Shown: positions 22,680 through 34,968 of the stretch, piece by piece
How positions within the stretch are numbered: the stretch's first letter is position 1
Layout of the letters: every line of letters begins with the position of its first letter
Origin: Octopus sinensis
Taxonomy: Eukaryota
Assembly (NCBI RefSeq): GCF_006345805.1
Contig: NW_021835155.1
Span: forward strand, 1-42,719
Length of the DNA: 42,719 bases
Reading direction: 5' to 3'
The notes under the pieces: model-generated
Database searches by the model: none
The model's input: only the letters and a program-made list of their open reading frames with translations
What the model was told of the DNA's origin: nothing
Program-made: the position numbers and the translations under genes

Positions 22680-23515
22680 AGAGACTAGTGTTGTATAAGA
22701 CAAATTCAAGATGACTTCGAGATGTTTAGTCTCTATTGGTCAACTCAGGTCTTGGTATTATTGGTCTGGAAGCGGCATCCATTATTTTCTTTGTTCTTAG
22801 GTCCACGAAGTCGGACAGAATGTTGGTAGGTAACTGTCTGCGAGCTGTGGTATGGTTTATTTAGCAATAACTGGGGGCTGCACACGGCAGAGAGGGGTGT
22901 TGTGGCAGGTTTGTGTAGAACTTGCGGCAACAGGTTTAGGGAATAATCGGATCTGGAGCCACTGGGTTGGTTTTACAGTATAAATGGGGTTCTTGTCGAT
23001 AACGAGGGCGGGGACAGTATTAAGCACGGAGCCCTTGTGCATGGGGCAGCCAGACATGAAATATCTCAACAGAGATGTCAACCTGAGGAATGTTGGAAGT
23101 ATTCAGGAAAATCTTTGTTAGAGAGATGTCTGGATGATTAACAAGTGCAGGACGGTTTAGAAGCTTCATAAAATGATCCCACCATCTCCCTTCAAATATT
23201 CTCACTGGTTTGTAAGACTTTCTGTCTTTGTCTTCGACTGAAAGTCTTCCAGAAAGTTTTTTCCGAAAGTCTCTGGGCTGCCGCTTCTTCAATCTCTTGA
23301 GCAAGTCTCTCAGTTTACTTCCCTTTGTCCCACTTTGTACTCTCTTTCACAGCCTGGTTGACTTTGGTCTACTCTCACTGTTTCTCTTCCTTGCTTAGCA
23401 TTGTTCTGCAATTGTTGAGTTCAGTTCTTTTGGGCGGTGGACTACCTTCTTAGATTCTCTTTGGCGATTTAATCCTTGTGTTGTTGGATTTTCTTCTCTA
23501 AAATTTCCCCACCGG
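22680..23515 (-). mobile_element. RTE-clade LINE fragment (EN-RT linker and start of RT), decayed
   Basis: VNQAVKESTKWDK..LAQEIEEAA..KLSG..RWWDHFMKLLNRPALVNHPDI..VAPDPII matches RTE linker motifs. Confidence 0.75.
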
Positions 23516-23520
23516 CAACC

Positions 23521-23714
23521 TCTTTTACTCTTTTACGTGTCTCAGTCATTTGACTGTGGCCATGCTGGAGCACCACCTTTAGTCGAGCAAATCGACCCCA
23601 GGACTTATTCTTTGTAAGCCTAGTACTTATTCTATCGGGCTCTTTTGCCGAACCGCTAAGTTATGGGGACGTAAACATACCACCATCGGTTGTCAAGCGA
23701 TGTTGAGGGGAAAA

Positions 23715-23745
<31 letters not shown>

Positions 23746-23937
23746 AACACACACATACATACATATATATATATATATGCATATATACGACGGGCTTCTT
23801 TTCAGTTTCCGTCTACCAAATCCACTCACAAGATTTTAGTCGGCCCGAGGCTATAGTAGAAGACATTTGCCCAAGGTGTCACGCAGTGGGACTGAACCCG
23901 GAACAATGTGGTTCGTAAGCAAGCTACTTACCACACA
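23521..23937 (-). mobile_element. SINE family A, near full length
   Basis: Head, core, internal CA/TA tract and (AAAGAGT)-type tail. Confidence 0.92.
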
Positions 23938-24745
23938 CCCATGTTGTTTCGATTTCCAACCATGCCTTCTTCAACTGACGCATCTTCAATGAGACTGCTG
24001 TAGGCTTGGAAACTGTATATCTGGCTTTGGTGCGCTCGCTTTTCAGTGTAGTGTTGGCAGCTATTATACTCTGACACCGTTACCATCGTGACTTTTAGCT
24101 CTTCTCTTTCACTTGTTGTCTTCATCTGAAAAGTGGTTTAGCCCAGGGCACGGTTCCAGGACAATTATTATTTATCATCAGCCTATCAGGTAATAACTTA
24201 CAAGTGCACTCAGTCAACCTGCCGAGTTATGCCGACGACAATAATATTTATGGTTATCTAAACTCCAGAAGATGTCATCAGATTCTAAAATGAGCTAAAC
24301 CTCTTTTAACAGTGGGCAGGCAAAAACAATATGACATTTTATGCATCAAAATTTAAGATTCTTCACTACGGAGGGAATATATATAAATCACATTATTTGA
24401 CCCTAGATGACCCAATGATTCAGAGCGCTAATAATATACGGGACTTTGGAGTAATCAAATCAAATGATGCATCTTTCGTCTTTCATCACCAAATTAACCT
24501 CTAAATGCAGACATCTCATAGAATGGCTTCGACGAACCTTTGTGACAAGATAACCGGTTGTTATGCTGATTCTATGGAAAACCTTAGTTCTGAGAGGATT
24601 GGATTACTGCTCACAGCTTTGGTTTCTTAATTCAGCCGGTCTCAGAGACGAAATCGAAGGGTTACAAAGAACGTTTACCATCGGTTAAATGCCTCAATTA
24701 CTGGGAACATCTGAAAGCTCTGCGTCTCTGCTCTCACAAACGCCG

Positions 24746-24748
<3 letters not shown>

Positions 24749-24837
<89 letters not shown>

Positions 24838-24838
24838 G
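24749..24838. repeat. (AG)n tract at the RRER codons of the CR1 frame
   Basis: Flanked by HKRRT codons upstream and VIIYVWKIL downstream. Confidence 0.9.
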
Positions 24839-24865
24839 GTTATCATATACGTATGGAAAATATTG

Positions 24866-25112
24866 TGGAGGCGCGTGGCTTAGTGGTTAGGGTGTCAGCA
24901 TCACTATCGTATGATTGTGGTTTCGATAACCTGGACCGAGCGACGCGTTGTGTTCTTGAGAAAAACATTTCATTTCACGTTGCTCCAGTCCACTCAGCTG
25001 ACAAAAATGAGTCACGCTGGCGTCCCATCCAGCCGGGGAACACATACGGCATAGAAACCGGGAAACCGGACCCACGAGCCTGGTTAGGCTTTAAAAGGGC
25101 GCATTTATTTAT
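24866..25112 (+). mobile_element. SINE family E, tail variant 2, 14-bp target-site duplication
   Basis: TATGGAAAATATTG at 24852-24865 and 25113-25126. Confidence 0.9.
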
Positions 25113-26269
25113 TATGGAAAATATTGGAAGTGGCATGTTTCAAACGTCGCCGTTAGAGAGAATTTTAATGCACGAACCGGAAGATACTGTCAGCTTCCAG
25201 ATATACCACTTTCGAAATCACGAGCAAAATCACTCTGATGTGCCAGTCTGGTATTCAGAGGTTCTCATTTATTCAACCACTTGCGTAAGAAATCAGAAAT
25301 TCAAAAAAAGCATTGCATAACCTTCTGATGACGATACGGGACCAGCGAAGCATTGAAGGATAAACTGAGGGAAGATCAGCTGCTAAAAGCTCAACCAGAG
25401 ACCAACTTCCAGCCATAAAGCGACAACAAAACTCGTAGAAAATAAATGAAGGCAGTGCTCTAGCCTGGCCGCAGTCCTGCGACTGAAGCCGTTTAGAGAA
25501 TAAATATCTTGCAAACAACTTGCACATGCAAGTGCTACCAGTCAAAAACTCCGCATACCGGAAGCCAGCGAGTGTATGGGGTCATCCGGAGAGAATGCGC
25601 GCCGTTTCGGGGCCTACCTCTCGACGGCATCAATGCGCACCGGCGCCCCTCACTGATATGAGGCCCCGCTTGCTAGATCAGCTGGTTATCAAATAAAGCT
25701 CAATATTCTTCTAGCTATTGCTCATCGTCTCTTTTTAACCAAATCCAGTGGCTAGCCTTCTCCACTGTAGATTGGATATCGGTCATGGTGGTATTGACTT
25801 TACGATGAGTTAGGCCTAGCGATAACTGAAACCGTTTAGAGAATAAAAGAATATCCACTTTTTCATCTCTTCATATCGATATCCAAACATCGAACACGAG
25901 AACACACTAGAATGATATCAGAGAAATCTCTCGGCAGTAAATAATTTTCAAATTATAATTTTATCTTATTTTACAAATATTTAATTACAGCACTCATGTA
26001 CAATATGGGTCCCATCGTAGTATAATTAAAATTTCGTTGCTCATTTATTAATTATTAATAAGAACTAGTATTAGGTGATGCTTCATTTTGTAAAATATTT
26101 TATTGCCAATATAAAAAAATATTTTACTGCTCTTCAATGAAGCAGGTTTTTTTTTAATTAATCGGATGTAATTAAAATCTATTTTTGCGTTGCTGTTGTC
26201 CTTCAATTATATTTGCGTTGATGTGATTTCTTTTGTTGTTTCTTTTTTGTGTTGTATGTTTGGAATTCG

Positions 26270-26740
26270 GAGCCACAAAAATGTCCCTACTAAGTTAGAA
26301 ACAAGGCCAGTGCGAGGCCTCGTTCGGCCAATTAGCATTTATGGTTGCGATACATGAACTCTGAACAAATGTGAAGAGAAAACCATCAATGCGTTTGAAA
26401 TGTGGGTTTATAGAAGAATGATGTTAGTAGTCTCTTAGAGGGACCATCGGACAAATGAACGGGTGTTACAACAGGAAGGCGAAAGACAAGTCTTGAACAT
26501 TGTGAAAAAACAGAAGCTCGTCTATTATGGCCAACAAGCAGAGGTTTGGAAAACATTGACATGAAAGGAAGGGTAAAGGGTCGTGTATCAAGAGGTTGGC
26601 AAAGAACGCAATGGATGGGTAATATCAAGAGCTGTTTTGGGCAAGAGTGATAAGGCCGCAAGAGAAATCTTACTCAATTGGGAAGACTTCCGTTTTAGTA
26701 TCATCAAAGCGTTGCAAGCGTACGATACATGACGATGACG

Positions 26741-26742
<2 letters not shown>
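26270..26742 (+). mobile_element. RTE (BovB-like) LINE 3' fragment
   Basis: LVRPISIYGCDTxTL..INAFEMWVYRRM..RTNERVL..KQKLVYYG; ends in GATGAC repeats. Confidence 0.82.
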
Positions 26743-26771
<29 letters not shown>

Positions 26772-27507
26772 TGTATGTATGTATGTATGTATGTATGTAT
26801 GTATGCATGTGTGTATGTATGTATGTATGAATGTATGTATGTATGTATGTATGTATGTATGTATGTATGTATGTATGCATGCATGTATGTATGTATGTAT
26901 GTATGCGTGTATGCATGCATGTATGTATGTATGAATGTATGTATGTATGTATGCGAGTATGCATGCATGTATGTATGTATGTATGTATGCATGTATGTAT
27001 GTATGTATGTATGTATGTATGTATGTATGTATGTATGTATGTATGCATGCATGCATGCATGCATGCATGCATGTATGCATGCATGCATGTATGTATGTAT
27101 GTATGTAAGTATATATGTATGTAGGTATGTATGTGTGTATGTATGTATGTATGTATGTATGTATGTTGTATGTATGTATGTATGCATGTATGTATGTATG
27201 TATGTATGTATGTATGTTTGAATGTATGTATGCATGTATGCATGTATGTATGTATGAATGTATGTATGCATGTATGCATGTATGTATGTATGTATGTATG
27301 CATGCATGTATGTATGTATGTATGTATGTATGTATGTATGATGTATGTAGGTATGTATGTATGTATGTATGTATGTATGTATGTATATGTATGTATGTAT
27401 GTATGTATATGTAAGTATGCATGTATGTATGTATGTATGTAGGTAGGTATGTATGTATGTATGTATGTATGTATGTATGTATGTAGGTATGTATGTATGT
27501 ATGTATG

Positions 27508-27538
<31 letters not shown>

Positions 27539-27587
27539 GTATGCATGTATGTATGTATGTATGTAGGTAGGTAGGTATGTATGTATG

Positions 27588-27621
<34 letters not shown>

Positions 27622-27724
27622 TGTATGTATATATGTATGTATGCATGTATGTATGTATGTATGTATGTATGTATGTATGTATGTATGTATGTATGCATGT
27701 ATATAGGTATGTATGTATGTATGT
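26743..27724. repeat. About 980-bp (ATGT)n array with TGCA/TAGG/TAAG variants
   Basis: Direct inspection. Confidence 0.98.
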
Positions 27725-27774
27725 AGTACGTACATAATACATACATACGTATATATATATATATATATGCATTC

Positions 27775-27988
27775 AAAATGTGACCGCGTGTGTACCTTTG
27801 ACGATTTTTTCCTCCATCTTCTCTTCTTTGGATCTTTCCTCTTTCTATGTTTCTGACGAAGAGCTCTGCTCGAAACGTTAAACCCTCGTTCTTTCCTTCT
27901 TTCCTGAGCATCCAATAACACTATACTTGTTCCACGTCCTTGCGTTGTTGTGTTTTCTCTTTGTGTTTTCATGTTTGGATTAACTTTA
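27775..27988 (+). mobile_element. Penelope-like terminal-repeat fragment
   Basis: Homologous to 29190-29404; carries a hammerhead motif; ends GGATTAACTT-(TA)n. Confidence 0.65.
27849..27883 (+). ncRNA. Minimal type I hammerhead motif, canonical core
   Basis: GUUU-CUGACGA-A-GAGC-UCU-GCUC-GAAACGU-U-AAAC: 4-bp stem I, 4-bp stem II, loopless palindromic stem III (ACGU), GUU triplet. Confidence 0.6.
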
Positions 27989-28097
27989 TATATATATATA
28001 TATATATATGACTGCGTGTGTATCGTTGGCGATATTTTTCCTCCGTCTTCCCTTCTTCGGGTCTTTCATTTTCCTATGTATATATATATATATGGTA

Positions 28098-28292
28098 TTT
28101 ATGTGTGTGTGTTTGTCCCCCAGCCGTCGCTTGACAACTGATGTTGGTGCGTTTACGTCTACGTAACTTAGCGGTTAGGCAAAATACGTGCTGGGTTTAC
28201 AAAGAATAAGTCCTGGGGTTAATTGCATCGACTAAAAGGTGGTGCTCCAGAATGGCCGCAGTCAAATGACTAAAACAAGGAAAAGAATAAAG
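28098..28292 (+). mobile_element. SINE family A 3' half
   Basis: GTTTGTCCCC..CTTGACAAC..TTAGCGGTT..AAGAATAAGTCCTGGGG..GGCCGCAGTCAAATGAC. Confidence 0.85.
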
Positions 28293-28455
28293 AACATATA
28301 TATATATAGAATATATATATATATATATATATATAGTTATCAAAAAAGGGGTCGAATTAATTAATTGTTAATAAATTCGACCAAGCAGTATTCGGTATAC
28401 CGTAAATGGTTCAAATATACTTCAAATAAATTAATACTTATAAATTTATAATTAA

Positions 28456-28501
<46 letters not shown>

Positions 28502-29040
28502 TATGCACACACACACACATTTACAAATATATATATACTATACACTCACACACACATACACACGTACAAACACACACAAACTCACATACACACCGACAGA
28601 TATACATACACAATATACACCTATCCGCGCACGCACACATACACACAAACACATACAAACGCACACATACACGCACACACATACATGTACATACATACAC
28701 TCTCACACAAATGAACCCACATATACATCCCTACACACACACACGCACGTACAAGCACACACGTACAAGCACACACGTACAAGCACACACGTACTAGGTT
28801 AAACAGTTACTCGCCACACACCCACACTCTACGCATACACACACGAACACACACATGTACACACACACACACTACAAACAACACACACACATGATACATA
28901 TAGCCCTTTGTTTTTTTGACCCGGCTTTGACCTGGCTTGACACAAACCGCTAGTAGTCATCATGACAGCTGGCTTTGTCATTGCCTTTATTCACCAAAAA
29001 TACACACACACGCGCACGCACAAACACACTTGTCATCTTG

Positions 29041-29074
<34 letters not shown>

Positions 29075-29109
29075 CACACACACACGCACACACACACACA
29101 CACACAGGC

Positions 29110-29502
<393 letters not shown>

Positions 29503-29557
29503 CATATATATATATACATACATACATACATACATACTACATACATACATATATATA

Positions 29558-29599
<42 letters not shown>

Positions 29600-29624
29600 A
29601 ATACACAACACATATATATATGCT

Positions 29625-29810
29625 GAGCTCTGGAAAACACGATGGAAGGAAGTGTAGAGAGCAGTGGATCGAGTGGTAGGGAATGGATATGGACAATATC
29701 AAGAACTTATTGGACAAGAGTGGCAAGGAAGATGGGGAACTGCCGCTTAATCACTAAAGGCGACGAAAGGACTCTGACGGGACTTGCTGGCTGCTTGATG
29801 TCAGAACAAT
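29625..29810 (+). mobile_element. RTE 3' fragment, similar to 26560-26660
   Basis: [16 protein letters not shown] motif; nucleotide similarity to the 26.6 kb copy. Confidence 0.55.
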
Positions 29811-30387
29811 TATATAAACAAGAAATTTGGTTAATTTCTAAATGGTTAATTAATTAATTATGGCAAAAGAATTTGACAAGTTTAGAAAATATAAAGATTT
29901 ACTCATTGAAATTGAAAAAAAAAAATGTGGAATCCGAAGGCTGTTACAATACCAGTAATTGTTGCAGCACTTGAAATAATAAATAAATAAATGAACTAAC
30001 TAAAAGTAATTTGAGAAAGATTTCTGGTTTATCATCCCTGCAAGAGGTCAATAGAATGTTTTTAATTGGTATGTTACACATGAGAAGTGCATTTTTCTGT
30101 GAGGACGATTACCACCCATGTAAGTAATTTTTTTCATAATTTTATTGGATTTTATAAATGAATAATCTGGTGTGTTTATTTTAATGGCCTGTCAATATCT
30201 AGAGCGAGTTTTTTTTTTGCCTTAGGTGTTGGGAAAAATACTCGGCAAGAAATGGAAACAAAATTGAAAGAAGAATAAAAAGTAAAAAGCAACAACGATA
30301 ATAATAATAGACAACCAAACATTACAATAATAAACAAGGAAAAACGAAGTTGTTCACTAATTGATCCATCATGTTCGCTTGATTCTA

Positions 30388-30730
30388 GGATTGTAAAGAA
30401 AGAGGATGAAAAAAAAAATACAATCCTTTAAAATTTAAAATGGCAAGATTTTGGAAAACTGTAAAGGTTTTGCTTATAATAATTGGTGAATTGGGAACTG
30501 TAAGTAAAGATATAAACGAATCGCTGAAGGAGATTGAAAAGGAATGTCCTGTAGAGCTTCTACAGAAAGTTTGTCTCTTAGGGACTCGAAAGATTATCAG
30601 GAGGGTTCTAAGCACTTGAAAGACTATTGAAAGCAAGCGGATACCTAAGGTAACAGGTATTAACCCCCGCTACCCACATACATTCTACCAGGAATAAGAA
30701 CGAACCTGACTTAAATCACCATTAATAATA
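30388..30730 (+). mobile_element. R4/Dong-like endonuclease C-terminus, decayed
   Basis: EDEKKKYNPLKFKMARFWK..IIIGELGTVSK..LLQKVCLLGTRKIIRRVL, stop at 30617-30619, TAATAA tail. Confidence 0.75.
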
Positions 30731-30749
30731 ACACTAATGGTTTCAAATT

Positions 30750-30900
30750 TTGGCACAAGGCCAGAAATTTTAGGGGAGGGGGTAAGACGATTACATCGAC
30801 CGCAATACTTAACTGGTACTTAGTTTATCGACCCCAAAAGGATGAAAGGCAAAGTCAACCTCGGTGGCATTTCATCTCAGAAGGTAAAGGTGGCCGAATC
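30750..30900 (-). mobile_element. SINE B fragment with alternative tail 2, followed by (AAT)n at 30901-30959
   Basis: GGCACAAGGCC tail plus CGACCCC..GGATGAAAGGCAAAGTCAACCTCGG core. Confidence 0.8.
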
Positions 30901-30959
<59 letters not shown>

Positions 30960-31349
30960 GGTTTCATCTATTTGTCACCAGGACGAAGGATGAGGGGGCA
31001 ACACAAAGAAGGACATAAAGTGTGGAGGTTTACATATAATGAAATGATAAAATAATTATAAAAAGCAACAGCAAAACCATGTAAGTATACACGGTACACA
31101 ATGAAAAAGAGGGTACATAGTATACTAAGGTTTAAAAGAAAAAAATGTAGGGTCGGAGGTGATAGAGATATAGCCCCCCACCTCGATACAGGCTGATATC
31201 TAGGGATAATGGAGGAATCACACCGTTCGAGATTTCTCTGAACATCAAGAGCAAGTGGCCTTTCCAATTCCTTCTCACCGACTCACAGATCTACACTTGG
31301 AGAGGTACCATCCACTCTTGCCATTTTCGCAACTTTCACCCACCCGTCA

Positions 31350-31490
31350 TGTTAATGATAAAGTTGGCACAGCGAGAAAACCAAAGACGATACGAAGATG
31401 TTGCCAGACATAACCACTGGATAGTATCCGGGAACTGTGGGTTTGTCAGGGCAGCTAAATGGTATGAGCAGAAAATATAATGACCTTCTC
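31350..31490 (+). mobile_element. Short R4/Dong-like fragment (post zinc-knuckle region)
   Basis: LAQRENQRRYEDVARHNHW..AAKWYEQ resembles LAQxEYKRRHDxVAxxxHW..KWYEH. Confidence 0.55.
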
Positions 31491-31679
31491 CAGATACGAC
31501 AACAATAACGCAAGCACATACACACGCACACATACGCATACATATATGTAAATATCAACAAAAAGAATGGAGTAACCAACTCGTATTATTGCGCATGCTC
31601 ATTCATACATACTCTGATAAATATTCATATAGAGATATTGTCTCATATATACACATATATTCATAATACATATCCATAT

Positions 31680-31970
31680 CACCGAGGTCACCGTGACCGA
31701 CCAGGCTATCAGATGTTGCTACACATCGCTGGTCACAATGCGCTTCGCATTGTTTTTAGCCTTCAAATGGCTAAGCGAGCAGGCCAACAGAAGAAAGAGT
31801 GAGAGAAAGTTGTGACGAAAGAGTACAGCAGGGATCGCCACCAACCCCTGCCGGAGCCTCGTTGAGTTTTAGGTGTCTTCGTTCAATAAACACTCACAAT
31901 ACCCGGTCATGAGAGAGAGATCCTACGACCGCGAGTCCGCTGCCCAACTACTGGGCCATTGCGCCTCCAC
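31680..31970 (-). mobile_element. SINE family F, 12-bp target-site duplication
   Basis: tRNA-like head GTGGAGGCGCAATGGCCCAGTAG on the minus strand; ACATATCCATAT at 31668-31679 and 31971-31982. Confidence 0.8.
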
Positions 31971-32007
31971 ACATATCCATATATGCGTATATAAATGCAT
32001 ATATATA

Positions 32008-32060
<53 letters not shown>

Positions 32061-32080
32061 ATAATATATATTATATATAT

Positions 32081-32489
32081 ACTCTTTTAACCTCTTTACT
32101 TGTTTCAGTCATTTGACGGCAACCATGCTGGAGCACAGCATTTAGTCGAGCAACTCGACCCCAGGACTTATTCTTTGTAAGCCCAGTACTTATTCTATCG
32201 GTCTCTTTTGCCGAACCGCTAAGTGACGGGGACATAAACACACAAGGATCGGTTGTCAAGCAATGCTAGGGGGACAAGCACAGACACACACACATACACG
32301 CACATATATACATATATATATATATAGGACGGGCTTCTTTCAGTTTCCGTCTACCAAATCCACTCACAAGGCTTTGGTCGGCCCGAGGCTACAGCAGAAG
32401 ACACTTGCCCAAGATCCCACGCTGTGGGACTGAACCCAGAACCATGTGGTTAGTAAGCAAGCTACATACCACACAGCCACTCCTGTGCC
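32081..32489 (-). mobile_element. SINE family A, full length, within (TA)n
   Basis: Complete head-core-microsatellite-tail architecture. Confidence 0.92.
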
Positions 32490-32580
32490 TATATATATAT
32501 ATATACACACATACAAGGTTGTCATTTTATTTTTTCATGTCGCGCATGCGCTTGGTTGGTTTTTGATTTTGTCAACTATA

Positions 32581-33385
32581 CAGTATGGTAGGATCAGTTG
32601 GGCACCATCTGTGAGAAAAACAGTACCATGACGTAATTCACTCTGACTGAAATTTGGAAACAACATACTGTACTGCTTGGCACTTGCGCCGGAATCTCCA
32701 GTACGAATATTTCAGAATGTTTGGGTGTGAATCTGAGGGCAGTGCAGTCTGAGGACATGTACTGAGAGTGATAAAAATCAAACATCAAGTCAACATCAAG
32801 GTGTTTGGAGTGATCACTAGTGATGGTGACGTTATGCCTCCATTCATCTTCCCACACGACCTCACATTCAACACGGAGCTCTACACCAAGTCCTTGGAGG
32901 AGGTAGTGTTGCTCTGGGTCAAGAGGGCGGCTTCCGGAAGACTCTATGTCTGGCAATAACATTCTGCACCATGCCACACAAGTAGAACACAGTCATGGCT
33001 GTCAGACAATTTCTGCAACCATATAACCCCTAACATCTGGCCACCTAAATACTCCCCAGACGGCAACCCCCTTGATTATTATGTGTGGCGCACAGTTGAG
33101 CAAGAGACCAACAAAACTCCTTGTAACACCAAAGATGAACTGAAAGGAAGGATTATGGCAGCATTCACCAACTTAAACAAGGAGACCGCCCAGAAGAGTT
33201 GCAGAAGATCCCGAAGTCATCTGGAGGTCGTGGTTGAAGCCAATAGCGATTTTATTGAATAAATTTACTCTTTAATATTTCAAGATATTTTTATGTAACT
33301 TTGGTAAATATGTCTGTTAAAATGAGATGTCAGTGTTATTTTCATTTTTGCGTAATTTGGACGACAATTTACTCTCCGCACACTG
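32581..33385 (+). mobile_element. Internally deleted Tc1/mariner DD37D (maT-type) transposon
   Basis: VFGVITSDGDVMPPFIFP..YVWQxxSAPCHTS..IWPPxSPDGNPLDYYVW gives about 37 residues between the D2 and D3 positions. TA-CAGT(A/G)TG at both ends (degenerate TIRs), TA target site. Confidence 0.88.
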
Positions 33386-33780
33386 TATATATATGCATAC
33401 ACACACACGCATGTGTAGTGAACTCCAAGCACACGAATACACATGCGCCAACAAACACCCACCCACTCACACACATACACACACCTCTCTTTCTCACACA
33501 CTCACCTGTCACATATTTATAAAGAAGACTTACATTTTCCATTTCAATCAGGACAATCATTCTCTCCCGCCTGAAGGTGATCACGTCCCACACTCTCAAC
33601 AGATGACATTCCATTAACACCGGTTCTTGTCAATATTAGAGATTCACCACGAAACGGAGCATTTAACCAGCCTTACTGGAGAGGAGACACACACACCACA
33701 CACACACACACATACACACACACACGCACGTGCATATATATTCCTTTTGTGGCTATGTCTGCCTGTCTGTCCGTCCGTCC

Positions 33781-33844
<64 letters not shown>

Positions 33845-33850
33845 GTTTGC

Positions 33851-33888
<38 letters not shown>

Positions 33889-33972
33889 ACCTATCTGTCT
33901 GTCTGGTTTGGTCGGTCTTGTCTGTTCTTTCTGGTCCGTCCGTCCGTCCGCCGCCCAACCCCCCTGTCTGTC

Positions 33973-34024
<52 letters not shown>

Positions 34025-34065
34025 AATCATATATATATATATATATAATATAATGTATATACACA

Positions 34066-34160
<95 letters not shown>

Positions 34161-34466
34161 AAATTGTTCATTGCCACACAACCTCCACACAGCTGTTGAG
34201 TTCCAAGGTATGCCTTGCAAGCATTTCGTCCGTCCTTACGGTACTTATTTTATCGACCCCTAAATAGCACTTGAGTACTTGTGGTCAATCCCTCTGAATT
34301 ACCCCTCACCCGATATTACTGATCTTTTGCCAAAATTTGGGACCATTATGTATTGCAAACCGTTTTGATGTAATTCCAAAGTAAATATTGTTAAGGAACG
34401 TGAAACGTGTAAAGGGAGCAGTTTTTATGAGAGTGTTTTACAGGTTCGAATACGGACAGGAGTAGA

Positions 34467-34720
34467 ATACGTTTATATAGGGGTAGGCGTGTCTGTGTGG
34501 TTAAGTAACTAGCTTTGCAATCACGTCGTTCCGGGTTCAAACCCAACGCACGACAAGTTACATCTACAATTGGACTGGGTCGAACAATGCCTTGCGAGTG
34601 AATTTGGTAGACGGAAACTGAAAGAAGCCCCTTGTCGTGCGTTGGGTTTGAACCGGAACTACGTGATTGCAAAGCGAGTTACTTAACCACACAGCCACGC
34701 CTACCCCTATCTAAACGTAT
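34467..34720. repeat. Inverted duplication of a SINE A head plus flank: arms 34467-34557 and 34631-34720
   Basis: 4 substitutions and 1 indel over about 90 nt; 73-nt spacer. Confidence 0.93.
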
Positions 34721-34916
34721 ATATATATATATATATATATATTATGTATGTATAATATACAACCCACACAACACACACACACACCACACCACATATATAT
34801 ATATATTATATATATATATGTATTATATAATATGTGTTATATAGATAAAACTTACTTGTAAACGGATGCGTGGCGTTCAATCATATAATAATATAAATAA
34901 TATATAAATATATATG

Positions 34917-34968
<52 letters not shown>

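Larger units (their letters stand above)
24000..25420 (+). mobile_element. CR1-like LINE RT-to-3' end fragment, interrupted by (AG)n and SINE E
   Basis: SGLAQGTVPGQLLF, SYADD, QWAGKNNMTF, RDFGV, WLRRTF, LDYCSQLW, IEGLQRTFT, NYWEHLKAL, YVWKIL, RTGRYC, RGSHLFN in order. Confidence 0.88.

Noticed and set aside
26588-27972. Three ORFs of 394-422 aa on the minus strand
   Set aside because: HTYI/YVCM repeats are translations of (CATA)n/(ATGT)n, which lack stop codons; no protein homology.
28350-28382. 9-bp hairpin GGTCGAATT/AATTCGACC
   Set aside because: Short, AT-rich loop inside repeat debris; insufficient to call a functional element.
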